Positions 26,948 through 40,218 of a stretch of 64,000 nucleotides of DNA are shown piece after piece. A program made the translations under genes and the position numbers. The first letter of the stretch is position 1, and the number at the start of each line of letters is the position of its first letter. Location of the stretch: positions 47,554,001-47,618,000 of the forward strand of contig NW_027266264.1 in NCBI RefSeq assembly GCF_022045235.1. The letters run 5' to 3'. The notes under the pieces were generated by a model. The model did no database searches. It was not told the DNA's origin and was given only the letters and a program-made list of their open reading frames with translations. This DNA is from Haliotis cracherodii (lineage: Eukaryota).

Positions 26948-27818
26948 CGCCACCGTGGATATGCGGTGTGTGTTACTTCCCGTCATGGTGTTGATATTCT
27001 CCCTCGTCATATAGAGCAGTGTGATAGACATGTAACCTTCTTATCTACAACGGATTCTGCATAGGATCACCACTTTCAGTACAAGGGATTTCAGTGGTAT
27101 ATGGGATGGACGTGTTCACTGCTGAAGTAATGTCTGTTAAGCTGCCTTTTTTCTTGTTTTATTTGAAATGGTATGTGCAGTGTCACTCGCCGCGTTTTAT
27201 TGCTTGCAGTATTTAATGGTGAACACATACCGTAGAGTCAAATGACCAGGTTGTTGAGCCCCGTTAACACATTTTACATCCCACTGGAGTAAGCAATCAT
27301 TATCATATGAACATGTTCTCCTTAAATGCACGCCATGTAAGCATACAAATAGTTGATGAAAAACACTAAAATGTGTTACACACAACCAAAGAATTCAATG
27401 ATGGTTGGTTGGTTTGTTGTTTAACGCTGCACTCTTCCATCAATATTCCATCTATATGACGGCGGTCTGTAAATAATCGAGTCTGGACCAGAGAATCTAT
27501 TGATTAATATCATGAGCATCGATCCACGCAATTGGGATCAATGACATGCATCAACCAAGTCAGCGACCCTGACCACCCGATCCCGTTAGTCGCCTTTTAC
27601 GACAAGCATAGTCGCCTATTACAGCAAGCATGGGTTGCTGAAGACCTATTCTACCCCGGAATCTTCACGGGTAATTAAATGATGAAATATGTATGTGTAT
27701 ATGATTTATAGCTATAACGACATGTATATGCTGTATTTCATGTAACAAATTACTTCTTTGGTAGACACTTTGTGACACATGGAAGTTACACTTTACCCCG
27801 ACCACGACTACGAACTGT

Positions 27819-27827
27819 CTATAAATA
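27819..27827 (+). promoter_or_regulatory. Candidate TATA box of G3
   Basis: CTATAAATA, with a strong donor gagg|gtaagt ~70 bp downstream at ~27895 and the coding-exon acceptor at 28527. Confidence 0.5.
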
Positions 27828-28538
27828 CACCTCACGGAAAAGCCGTGATAACGAAAGTAGAACTAACTGTGTACTCTCGGTTACAGGGTTGAGGGTAAGT
27901 AAGTATGAAGTGCCTCACAATGTACACCAATAAGTATCATAAATTGAGGATTTTGTATATGTCTCTTTTCTGTATAGTTGGCCGAAGACCATCTAAATGC
28001 CCTAACTGATATATCGGGGCTTCACCTTCCTGGACTAATTGAAGTACAGGATAAATTATGCGTTCGTTTGTTGATTAACACCGCACTCAGCAATGTTCCA
28101 GCTATGTGACCAAGGTCTGTAAATAATCGAATCTGGACCAGACAAACCAGTCATTGACAACATGAGCATCGATCTAAGCTATTGGGATACAATGACTCAA
28201 ATTTAGACTTATGGAATGCATAATGACTTATGGAGTGTTTTATTTGTGATATATTTGTGTGTGTGTCATAAAATCAGTATTTTGTCACCTTATAAAATTC
28301 TTGTAAATGTATGTCAGAAAAATACATCTATTGTTTTAATGTATGAATTATCGCATATGATTGCTGTAGAAAAGGTGTACTCTTTGTATTCTATTAGTGT
28401 TCTATTTGTGTGTGGCTTAAAATCAGTATTTTGATATCTTATAAAGTTCTTGTAAATGTATGTTAGCCACTGTTTGTGTACAAGTGTATTTGCTCTATCC
28501 TACGACACTGCTTTTTTTCGTTTACAGAGTTAACAAAC

Positions 28539-30440
28539 ATGGAGGAAAGCAGTGGAAATGTATCCGCTGTACATTTCCGTCACTTTGGACCAGACAATGC
28601 CCGTGTTGGTGACAGGAAGTGTTGTGCAGTCGTTGACATATGCACAAACAATGACTTTGCTGACAGGCAACACCATAGTCATGGTAGGTTGAGACACCAG
28701 TCATGTTGCTACAATGTATACAAACAACAATACCAACATAAGTTATTTCAGCTACACAATAATGATATTCAAATTGTACTATGCAATTTCAGGACTGTAT
28801 GAAATTGTACACAATCATGCTTGAAAAGGGAATAAGGATCTGTACAGAAACGTCGCATCATAATAGATTACAGAAGTTGTCCATAAAATATCTTGTTTTT
28901 ATATTGTTCACAAGATTTTCATTTTTAAATGGTAAATGTTTAAATGTTGAAATCATCTCTTTCCCTAGTGTAACTGATGGCAACTACTTTAAGGACAATT
29001 TCATCGCCATGCAGTCTTCCTTTAATAATATGTTCATCAGTGTCTTTTTAGAGTTTATCTTTTCTGTATACTACTGCAACTGACTGAAGCTGGTGACGAT
29101 ATGTGCTTACAAAACATACGTAAAAGGTAACATTATGTAATATTACAGAATGCATGCAGTTGTTTCACCTGCACTGGGAGGACATCGACAGTGGGGGTGA
29201 GACATCCAGTATCTCAGTGTCCGAAGCCGAGGCAGACAACAACTCTTCAGTCATAACTTTCGACCATGTCAACAAGCTCCTCAAGGATCAAGCTGCATTA
29301 CATAACTTCACAAGGAAGATGCTTACAGCACACCGGGTTAAGCTGATCCACGTGGAATATGCTCCACTTGCTATGATGTTCGAGCACTGTGGCGGTTCAG
29401 ACATGAAAACGCTTTTGAATGAGAGGTTCAAGATTTTTGTAATTGTGAAAGAATTCCTTCTGAAGGCGACAGGATTACAGAGCCTAAAGGGACTGCACAT
29501 CGGCATACATAAATCGAAAACTGTGTCCATGGAGACAGGTCCCTGGTGTTTCCACAGGGTTGATCAGGACGGTTTTGCGAATAGAAGGCTTACATCAATG
29601 AGGTAAGAGAAGGAAGAAACAAATTATCGATATGTGAGTATGTGAGTGAGTGAGTTGGGTACCGACGCTTTCACGGCGTGTCAAGTTAATTTTGGAGGAA
29701 TCCCAATGTGAGGCAGTTCAACACAGTTTATCACCCATGAGCATGAGTATAATACTTACAAAACAAGGTTCATAATCAGGACGAATCTTGGAATATACAT
29801 ATTCCTTTCCTGGCAGAAATAAAAGATGCAAATCTTCATGGCGAAGTTGGCATCGAGGAGTTTATCTGGTATTTATATAATGTCAGTATTATCAAGACGT
29901 CCGAGGGGAATAGTATTGACGCTACTGTTTCATTCATAAGAACGATGCATGTTGTTTGTAAAAATGAGCCACATTAAATAATGATTACTTGTTTGTGAAA
30001 ACACCACTCATTTTTTTACTCTGAGTATTTTACCATATCTATCCCCGTGGTCATACACTGATACACATGTTCATTTACACAAGGAACAGGTCGTCTTCAG
30101 AAGACGGTGGTATCTCGATCGCGATACCTTCCAGAGTAGAAAAGAGATTTATCAATATAGAAGAAGAACTGTTTAAACAGAGACAGTTCATGGAGTCACA
30201 GTTTAACGACCAAGAGAAACAATATGAAACCATACGTGTCTCACTTATGAAAATCTCCCAGGCCTTCCTGAACGACAGAAGACAAGGGCCTGAACGTTTA
30301 ACCTCAGAACGCCAAGAGGAACAACAAGAACCAAAACCAAATAGAAATCTGATTGACTTTGATTTAGAGCCATATGAAGATGTGTCATCGCTTCATTTGA
30401 ATATAGCAGCAGCATATCGTCCAAAAATAGAAATACTTAG

Positions 30441-30484
<44 letters not shown>

Positions 30485-33400
30485 TGGAGGAGGAAGAGAG
30501 AGGTGACGAAAAGGAGAAAAGGGGACAGGGGGAAATTTCGGTGGCTGAGAAGAAGGCTGAAACAAGCACCAATTGTATTGGGAGTGAAGAGGTAACGGAA
30601 GAAAGACAAGGTGAATCAGATGGAGACCTCAGTGACGATGTGTCAGTCGATGAGAAGATGGTATTGCCAAACACATCAGACGTAGCAGCATTTGACCAAA
30701 GTAACGAAGGGACAATCAATAGCACACAGATCAACGCAAATAGATGTGAAACCCAACAAAATGTATTTCCTGACCATGGAAGTGACATGTATCCCTCCAG
30801 AAACCAACAATATGAAAACTCACACAAGTACAAGAAATCCTACCAAACCTCTGGAGACAGAAGCCAAGCGGTATATGGACCAGATTCCAGTGCGCAATGC
30901 GAATCACGTTACAATGGGAAGCAAATCAGCCAACAACCGAAAAGGGAGGCAGCAGCTTCCCCTGATGAAGTATCGAGAATTCTCGATGAACTGCTGTATG
31001 ACTTCAGCGACATGTCATCACGGCAAAATGCCTATTCTGATATGCAGTCAGATGCAATCAATGTCCAGGTCAGATATACAGAGACACCAAATACGTGGTA
31101 AGCGTTTACTCAGATATATTAATACTATCTATCATCAAAGTGACTTTTCTTTGCATTTATATTTATGTTTATTGTAGGCCGCCGTCGAATGGTAGGAGTG
31201 TTGCTGTTTTGCGCCAGGCAATAAATACTGACCTCTTTAGGCAACATTGTGTGAAAAGCGGGTGATCTTTGACCGGTAGGGCAGGACACGATTACCCTTT
31301 CCGCGAACACCTGGTGTCATCAATGATTTTCAGTAGCCCAAACTTATAATTTTCACTGCTATTTTGCCCTTTACGCCAAATGGAATCTGTTTTTGCGGAT
31401 AATCTAGACTTGCATTTTTCTTGCATCCGCAATTATATTTACATAGAACTATGGCATATTTTCAGTGCATTAATGTACCATTCTGCTTTATTTGTCAGCA
31501 AAGAACCGAAAAAGGAGAAGATCGAAGGAAATCAAGCAAAGGAACAGGCTTTGCGTTTGATGATGGAATGCGCCATCAGCGACAGCCCATACTGGAGCAG
31601 AATATGGGAAAGTGTTCAGGGAGCATTGCTAGAAGGTATAGTCATGTTAAGTCTTTGAATGGCATTTAGAAGTGATACATATAAGAAAGAGAGTTTATGG
31701 ATGTCAGCTTCTTTTAATGGGCAAAACAACGATGCGGGGTATAGCCTTACTCCTTCATTCACCTGAAGCATATTCTCTGAAACGTTGTGTTCCTCATAAT
31801 AACGAAGTTGACATCCATTAATTCACCTTCCTATAGTCATGTTGATCAAATTGAAATTATGTTTAGTAAACATTCATTTACAGTAAATCAAGGGTTGATA
31901 TGCAGAGAGTCGTGAAACAAGCTATCATCTTACTCACTTTCTATATGTCGTATTGTCTTCCCCAACAAGGTGGGTACACCATAAGAGTCTGAATTGTTAA
32001 ACAAATGTAATTGAAACTAAGGATTATATTATAGTACACCATACGTCCATGGAAACAGAAATGTTTCTTATTTGCATTATACAATTCTGTAGTGAAACGA
32101 TTTTGTAACTAATTTAACTTTCTATGAATAAATTCACTGTGCTCCACATATAGTACACATTTACACATGAATATATTACGGAGAAGGGAATGATTGTTTC
32201 AGAGGAAAGTCCTGCTCCAAGACATGATCTGGCTCTCGATACTATCATATGTTTGGACACTTCTGGAAGCATGCGAGGTGAAGCATTTCAAGAAATGAAG
32301 AAAATCACTCTTGATTTTATCAATGGTAATTATAAAACATATGACTGTTTTTACGTATTGCAGAGCTACTAGCCTACAATTTTATCAAACATCCCATATT
32401 TAGGAACACTTCTTTTTGTTGTATATGTTATACTACTGTAGGTTTTGATTTCATATGACAGATATATAGAGGGTTACGAAACGAGTTTCAAGGTTCCATT
32501 CTGAAAACCTTGTCGAGAAGATAACATGGTCAGCTTGATGTCAGTAATAATAGACTGTGACGTCATAACTATTTTGGCACCATTACGTGACAATGGTGTC
32601 TGCATTATCTAAACACTAACATTTACACTACGTCAACAATGATGTAGAGCGTATGAATTTTATTGATTATTACGGTTGTATTGAGTATTGATTTTAAATT
32701 CTATAAACTAGCTTATAGTGAACTATATTGAGTAAAAATAATTTGCTCACCACCTACGTGCCTGGGACGTCGTGGTCACAAAAATATTTCATGTTCACAG
32801 GAATCGAGGACATTGCAGAACAACATGATGTTGAAGAGAATATTGCCCTCGTCACCTTCGGAGGTCGGGCAAAAGTGATCCATCACTTATCCAATGACTA
32901 TGGAAGCCTCAGAGACGCTTTAGGTATCTGTTGTCCTGTACCTTGACGTACGCGTACATTAGGCGTAATGTCAACTCTTGATCAAATATGTATGCTGTAC
33001 TTTAACATGTTTATGTTTTTAGGTATTTTATATTATCCTGATTAAAACCTTACATGAACTATTCGGGATGGAATCATCAACTGATTTGTCTGCGTTATGT
33101 TCTTAGACAAAATCACGCCTGGGGGTCCATCGCCGATCCTTGAAGGTGTTATTGTGTCCATGGCAGCTCTTGCGAAAGGTAGACCATTTCCTTTGTGTTC
33201 TTTCTTATTCTGAGTGCTCGGCATTATTGGGTGCGCGGTTTCCTTAGAATGTCCTAACTTCCGTGCTGATTCCTAGACATGTGTTCGTTTGTCATAAGGG
33301 CTGACCAATAAAGATGAAGTGATTGCAATTTGCGATGGAGCTGACTGTGTGCCACCGTACCCGACGGGGTTATCAACCATTGAGTTTGTCTAGCCAGGAT

Positions 33401-34939
33401 TCGAGCATGTAAGGAAGATATATGAGTGTTGAAAAGTGATATTTGGTAATTTCTGACTTGGGCGTAAAACGAACATTCCCTCACCCTCATATATTATTAT
33501 CACATATGACTAAATAGGGGAATAGTTTGATATGGACGCCTTCACTAAAGTCATATGTAATAAGTGATGCAAGGATGTAGGTATATTCGATATTCATTGA
33601 CTCAATAATATTTATTGTGAAAGGTGGCATCTACAGACTCAACAATCGAATGGAGCTGAGGCCACGAATGATCTTCATGTCTGACGGCCAGCCAACAACT
33701 GAGATGCCGGAATCTGCCAGAGACAGCCACTTGCTCAGTAGTCAGGTGATAGACCGACATTTTAGGATTGTAACGATTCTTTCTTCAATAACATCATGGT
33801 GAACTATTGTAAATGAATTCCTCATGTGAGAAATCAAATAAATGAAGCACAAGCTTGTATGTTCCTGAGTATTATATTATCTATAAACGCTCAGATTGGA
33901 TTAAATATGTATACGGAACACTAACGTTTTCCATCCTACAGGACCAAATGAGAATTTTACGAGCTTTCCAAGAGATCAGAAGCAGACAACCAAGTGATGA
34001 TCTTCCTGATGAAATCATTTTTGTTCCAGTGGGACAATTCTGTGATATGGTAAACGTTGCGTTCACTGACCAGTTCTACAAGTTCAATTACATTTACTCA
34101 CGAGTGTCAGTTAGTCGATATAGAGTATCTAATTAAGTCTACTTCTCCTATCTATCGTTGACACTGCACATCCAACAATACAATATCAAGTATGATGACT
34201 TAAGAATTAAGAATTGACTTAAGATGTCAACTTCTGTATTATGAGGAACACAACGTTTCGGAGTATATGCTTACTCTTTTATCACCTGAAGTGTATTACT
34301 TCTAAATGTATAAAGATATGATGACTTAATCAAGATATATAAAATCATGTAAAAAGAAACAGTTGTCATATTACCAAGTTCTAGATGAGTGTCTTTATAC
34401 TGTCCATTTGGTTCCTATTCAAGCGCGCCATTGAAGCCCTGGCGTCAGTTTGTGGTGGCAAAGTGAAAGATGCTACGTCCTTTGCAAAGTTGTCAAACTA
34501 TCATTACGTGCGCGTAAGTAAAGCACCAATGTACATGTTCATTTTTATCCTTATCGGCAGGTGTTCAGAATTTTTCACTTTTTTCTTTGTTTTTATAATA
34601 GCGTCCATAAATTGAGACATTTATTATCAAAACGCAATCGAACAATATTTGAAAGCCTTTTTCTGTGCTGTGCAGTGGGTTCAAACACATATGTGAAATA
34701 TTGATTTAATTTTGTTCTTACTTTCAGAAAATTGCCGCTCGAGCCATCGAATACGTAAGCCAAAGAGGGAATGAAAGTGACATATTTTTGGCCGGATTGC
34801 GTAGTTTGCTAACGGATCTTGGACCCAAGATCGACAAGGCCAGCACGGTCAGTGTCCCTTTCAGGTGCACGTAATGGCTTTATTCAGGTGAACAACTGAC
34901 TTGCCTCAGCATGGGTTTGTGACAGGTGGCACCGGTGGT

Positions 34940-34979
<40 letters not shown>

Positions 34980-37900
34980 AAGGGTTTTAACACTTTTATT
35001 TATGCACTTTTGCAGGTTTCACTTAGGTAACTAGTAAGTAGTAGGATAATATAGTTTTTATCAAATCACGTTCCATAGTAAGCGATGCTATAAGTTGTTT
35101 GATCAAGGTTACAACATTCTAGTCCTGAGGTAAAACTTTCGAAATGTTTTAAGGTAGACATGCTGAGGACATTTCCAAATTTGAGGCATCAGTGACAAAA
35201 ATTAAGTCCGATAGGTGAACATTTGACTTGCATTTGCATGTGTTTGTGACGGGAGCCACCGGTGGGGCCGGACACACTCACCATTTTGCCACATGCTTAT
35301 GATCTAGTCGAAATCGCACAAGGACTCTATTTTTATCAGATATTCCTTAAGATGAATAGGGATATGATGTTTTTATCTATTTTTATCATTAAGCACTTGA
35401 TTATATGACGTGTTTCAGACGGAGGTTTACAACCTGATAGTGGCATATATTACGTCAATATCCAACGACATAATGGAGGAGAAGGATTTACCTCCCCTCG
35501 GGACAAGGGTGGTGAGAGGTCCAGACTGGCAGTGGGGGAACCAGGATACAGAAGGTCCTGGGACCATCACCAACCACGCCAAAGACAGTAAAAACAATAT
35601 ACTAGTTTCATGATATATTTACAAACTGCGAAACAATATTTTAAATAAAACAATCCTCATTTGTGCAAATATAATCTGATACTGATCATTCCAAGTTTTC
35701 ATATCAACAGCAACAAGAATATGTGTTGGCTAGGAGTAATGCTGATCAATCAACAGATATCAGAAGTTGATGGTTCCCCTGTTCGTGTCAACCACTATAT
35801 TGTGGCTTTGGAAACTGAAGCAGCTATAGAGGTCACTCTGACTCATTACATGTTTGACTCAAACGTTGAACTTCTTTTTTTTGTATGTATGGCGTATTTT
35901 TCAGGAATAGTTTTGGTGATCTGGGATAATGATCACTCAAACTCCTACAGATATGGCCATGGTGGGAAGTATGACGTCACTGTAGTAGAAGACCAACCTC
36001 GGGTTGTCAGTGTCAGTCAAGTGGGTGTGGGGGTTCAAGTTGAAAGAGGTAAGACCTGGCAAGCAACTTGTTTTCCATATCCTCTCTATGTGTTTTTGTT
36101 AAATGGGGTTTAACATTGCGCCCAAGATCATGGCACTTATATAGCGACGTGCATGCACGTACGTGTGTGTGGCTGCTTGTACTAGTACAGACTAATCCCG
36201 ATATTATAGTGATAAGCCCACTGAAATACCATACCGCAGTATAACATGAATACCCTACTCACACACAGTATACTGACTCCGAGCCGACCAGTCCTTGTTT
36301 AAGCCCCTTAATGCTCAGCGCCAGGCAGGGTAACAACCATCTTTTAACGTCTTCTGGTATGACGCGGCCGGGGATCAAACCACCGACCTTCCGATCTCCT
36401 GGCAGACGCTCTACCACAAGACCACTGAGGCGGTCCCTTTATGTATGAACATTGTGATGTAACGATCTATGTGTTGCTCAATGCACGGTTGAACAGCCAC
36501 ATTAAGAACCATTGTACCTTTTTCCAAATTATGTTATCGTTTACAATTTCTGCTTACACCCACATGCTTCACAAATCAGATATGTTTTGTCTTTATTCCT
36601 ATCAGGTCCTGCCTGGCATCACCTGTACGGAAACCAGGACGGTGGAATTGGCAGCTATGGCACCATTATTCGCCTTATGCCGGGAAAAGTTAAGGTAAAA
36701 GAAACCATTTATCCTTCCAAAACATTAAACAACAACAATAATAATCATAATAATAATAACACACAAAATATCCTTGAAGAGGCTAAAACTTACCACCGTA
36801 ACCTTTCAATGTGTTTGATACACTACAGAAAAGCTTAATATGATTCTGTACCTCACGAATGGATTTTGAAGTCACTGGAATGTATTGACCTCCCCGAGCG
36901 ACTACTTGTTTTACCCAAGTCTTTAATGAATTGCTTGAGACGTATTCGCAGGGGCAGGTGGTGACTTCGGATCCTATTTCTATTAGAAAAGGAATATTTC
37001 AGGGCGATTCGTTTAGTTCTTTTCTTTTTGTCACTAAATCCTTTAAGCTTTTTGCTTAGCAAAGAGGAAGGCTATCATCCTGGAGCTCCTCAGCACAGAT
37101 CCCCAACACCCCTTACTCACCTCCTTTACATGGATGACCTTGAACTTATTGCCAGTGGAGGATCCACACTAAGAAAACAGATTCTTCTTGTCGAGTCCTT
37201 CTCTAAGGATATCGGCCTTTGAACTCGACAAATGCAACATTCTTCATTTGAAACGTGCCAAGGTAGAAGAGGGAGGATCAGTCAGTTTACTTGGAGGAGG
37301 AGTTATTGACCATCTCCAGAATGCCCATTTCAGGGAAAACCTTCGGGCAGAGTACAAATGTAGACATAAGAAAATCTGGAGTTCAGAGCTGAACGCTCAT
37401 AACAAAGTCAAAGCCACAAATACTTATGCTGTGCCCGTCCTGTAATATTCTTTTGGTGTTGTTGATTGGATGAAACAAGAAATTCAGGGTATGGATACCC
37501 TCACACGAAGAATCATGTCAGACAATAAATTCCACCACCCTCGCTCTTCCCTCAATCGCTTATATTAAACAATCATAATGGGAGGACGTGATTTGATAAA
37601 CGTGGAGGCTCTTCATGATAGAATTGTATTGTGCACTTTTGCACACATTTAATCAAGACTCATGATGAAATCAAGGCATTCCACAGTTTTCTTGAACGAG
37701 CCAAAGATGTGGGACATGATCTCAATGTCAGTGTTGATTTGTTCGATGGTTCTGTACTGCTGGACGGTACAGAAATGAGTGTCAACCAAGCGAAGTGCCA
37801 TATCAAATTGGCCCAGACTCAGTTTTTCAAGGAGAGGCTATCTGAACGACCACTGCATCGGGTTTATGTGCAGTGTTTTGACCAGCAACCCTGCAGAGTC

Positions 37901-40218
37901 CTTCGCCTGGATGAAGTCGGCTAGCCTGAAAAGTGAAACAGAAGGCTTTCTGTTTGCTGCTCAGGACCAGTCATTTCCCACTCGAAACCGTCAATGTGTG
38001 ATTTTGCATCAAAATGTGAATATGTAATGTAGATTATGCAATGAATTTAATGAGACTGTCGAACACATTTTCAATGGATGCTCAGCTTTGGCACACAGTA
38101 TCTTAAGCGACATGATGGTGTAGCTCGATCATTTTATTACCGTCTTCGCAATGCTTGTGGTTTTGACACAGAGGTCCATCCATTGTACGATGTAGTGGGC
38201 GTCATGGAAAATGATGAATACAAAATTCTTTGGAATAGGCCCGTTTACAGCCTAAGACGTATCCGGTCCAACAATCCTGATCTTGTCCTGTTTGATAAAT
38301 CCAATGAAATCATTTATATCATTAACTTTTCTGTCCCTTTTGACACTAATGTGATTGACAAGATCCAGGAAAAACATGGCAAATATGTTGACCTCGCATT
38401 TGTAATGTCACGTTTGCATCCCAAGTACCAAGTTGTCCGACTCCCCATTGTTCTCGATGCCTTAGGTTTGGTACCTCCCAATCTGTTGACTGACATTGGG
38501 AGTGTACCCGGGTTTGCTACCAGGAATACAGCCCTTCTGACAATCTGGGTAATGCAGAAGGCTGCAATGTTGGGGAGTCTTCACATTCTCCTAAAAGTTC
38601 TGGGTGGGTTTGACTAGGCAGCGCTTCCTGGGAAAAGTCCCATTCGCTGTCTAAACTGCGTGTTGAGGGGGCAAGGGCCCTGAGCTGACGATGAGCCTAA
38701 CCAGCCTGACTGTGCCAGGATCACCCAAACACTCTTTGCTGCATTTTTTATTTTAATCTGTAAATAATAATAATAATAACAATAATAATGATAACAATAA
38801 CAATAAGAGGTCAAATCTGTTAAACCAACTTGGCTGCCATGTGTGCCTGAGCAGAACAATTCAATCACTATGACATATAATTAAGTAGTACATAATTGCT
38901 ACAGGTTCGATGGCAGAATGGTGAAATCCACGAATACAGATATGGAATGTGTGGTCTGGTCGATGTATCTTTTCGGTAAGTTTCTCTAGGACTACACACA
39001 TCGGTGTGATGAGAAAAACGAGAGTGACTCAGAGGTATTCATATTTGTATCTCTCTCACATGAAAAGGGAACAAAACTGTGGATTTCGGGAGCGCCTGTA
39101 AGATAGCAGAGTCACTCAGAAATATCGGTGCCTTGTGGGTATTCAGTTTTAGAAATGGAGGGCGTTCAATGCGAAATCAAATTAGCAGCCCCATTATGAA
39201 GCGTGTCTTTAAAATTGAGTCTTCTGTGTAGTCCAGCGCCATGATTACAAACGTCCTTTGATACTGCACCTTCTTAAAATAATCTGTATTCCATGTCGGA
39301 ATATTATTATTGTTTTCTAGAGACCCAATTGCGTGTATCCTAGAAACAACTGCCAAGACAATTCCTCACATGGATACCGTTCAAGGTAGATATTTCTATA
39401 TCTATGTGCATTGTCATGTCTTTGTCCCTTACATTGATGTAATAAAGATTTTTCGACGTTATATTCAATCCCTTGAACAATTTCACGTGTTTGCCATTGG
39501 TTTTGGTCTTGATTAATAAACAATTAAAGTAACTAGGCAGCTAGTTATACGAAAACATTATTATATTATAATAACTATCTTATTATCAGACAGTGCAAAT
39601 GTCCAGCCAACTAAAGATGGAGACAGACCCTATGTGTGGCAGAGAAAGGACGAGCAGAATGGCTGGGAACAATATTCTGAAACCAATGATGCCAAGATGA
39701 AGAAAGCGTATGGGAAATATCCACAGGGTTCATGCCTGGTACAAAGAAATGAACAGAAGTATGTGATATACATTATGTCACCGTAAGATACCGCCAATAC
39801 TTGACGGGACACAGCTCATCCACTGGCTGAGACGACGCAATTCGCTGTTCACGCCAGAAACCTGTGATTGTGGGTTAGAATCCCAGGTCGCCCCGATTAT
39901 GTTTCGTGGTTTGTCAGCACCATACCTGTGGGTTTCCCCAAGGTGGAAACCTGCATTCATCACGTCGGGCCTTCCTCCCACACTATGCTGACACGCTGTG
40001 ATATAGCTGTAATACTGCTCAAAGCGACGTTAAACCCAACTTACCCACTAATTATTTGCCTTGAGATTGATTTCATTTTAACTGTAGTAGCGTAACTCCC
40101 ATTCTCTCTACATATATGACCATGGGTTTGCTATAGTTTCAGGGTGTCGTTCAGGTCCCTACAGGAACGGTCATTGATTGACAAAACATGGGTGCCAGTA
40201 CGAAAATATTTCCAATAG
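28539..40218 (+). CDS. Paralog G3 (inverted relative to the others): same architecture
   Basis: Exons approx.: 28539-28683, 29149-29602, 30084-31077, 31499-31636, 32203-32325 (DTIICLDTSGSM), 32801-32923, 33107-33178, 33624-33744 (PRMIFMSDG), 33942-34049, 34424-34513, 34728-34847, 35419-35587 (LPPLGTRVVRGPDWQWGNQD), 35905-36048, 36606-36693, 38905-38975, 39321-39385, 39590-39758 (WWE), 40137-40218 (FRVSFRSLQERS..VRKYFQ*). Confidence 0.9.
31270..31395 (+). repeat. Short dispersed repeat, possibly Penelope-like; copies ~10120-10232, ~14445-14552 (reverse), ~21605-21720 (reverse)
   Basis: Shared gggcagg..a.g.ttaccc...cgaacacctggtgtcatca...tttacgccaaatggaatctgtt. Confidence 0.6.
36125..36436 (-). 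mobile_element. tRNA-derived SINE (family C); copies ~59275-59590 -, ~60960-61077 +, truncated ~15120-15315 -
   Basis: Shared gagccgaccagtccttgttt.agccccttaatgc..agcgccaggcagggt, a tRNA-like head, and the gcgacgtgcatgca.gtacgtgtgtgtggctgcttg end. Confidence 0.8.
36760..38760 (+). mobile_element. 5'-truncated, degenerate RLE-type non-LTR retrotransposon (R4/Dong-like) in a G3 intron
   Basis: RT motifs GIFQGDS (~36990) and HLLYMDDL (~37125); NAHNKVKATNTYAVPVL; LKSETEGFLFAAQDQ; zinc knuckle CRLCNEFNETVEHIFNGC; KRHD; PDLVLFDK..FSVP..K..KY restriction-like endonuclease. Many stops and frameshifts. Flanked by (AAT)n tracts. Confidence 0.88.
39820..40050 (+). mobile_element. SINE-like repeat (family D); relatives ~3100-3275 -, ~63617-63800 -, ~25180-25415 +, ~41590-41753 +
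   Basis: Shared tgtggg....aatcc..tgtcagcacc(a/c)ta..gtgggtttc.cc.aagtggta core with gcg.cgttaaac tail. Confidence 0.65.
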
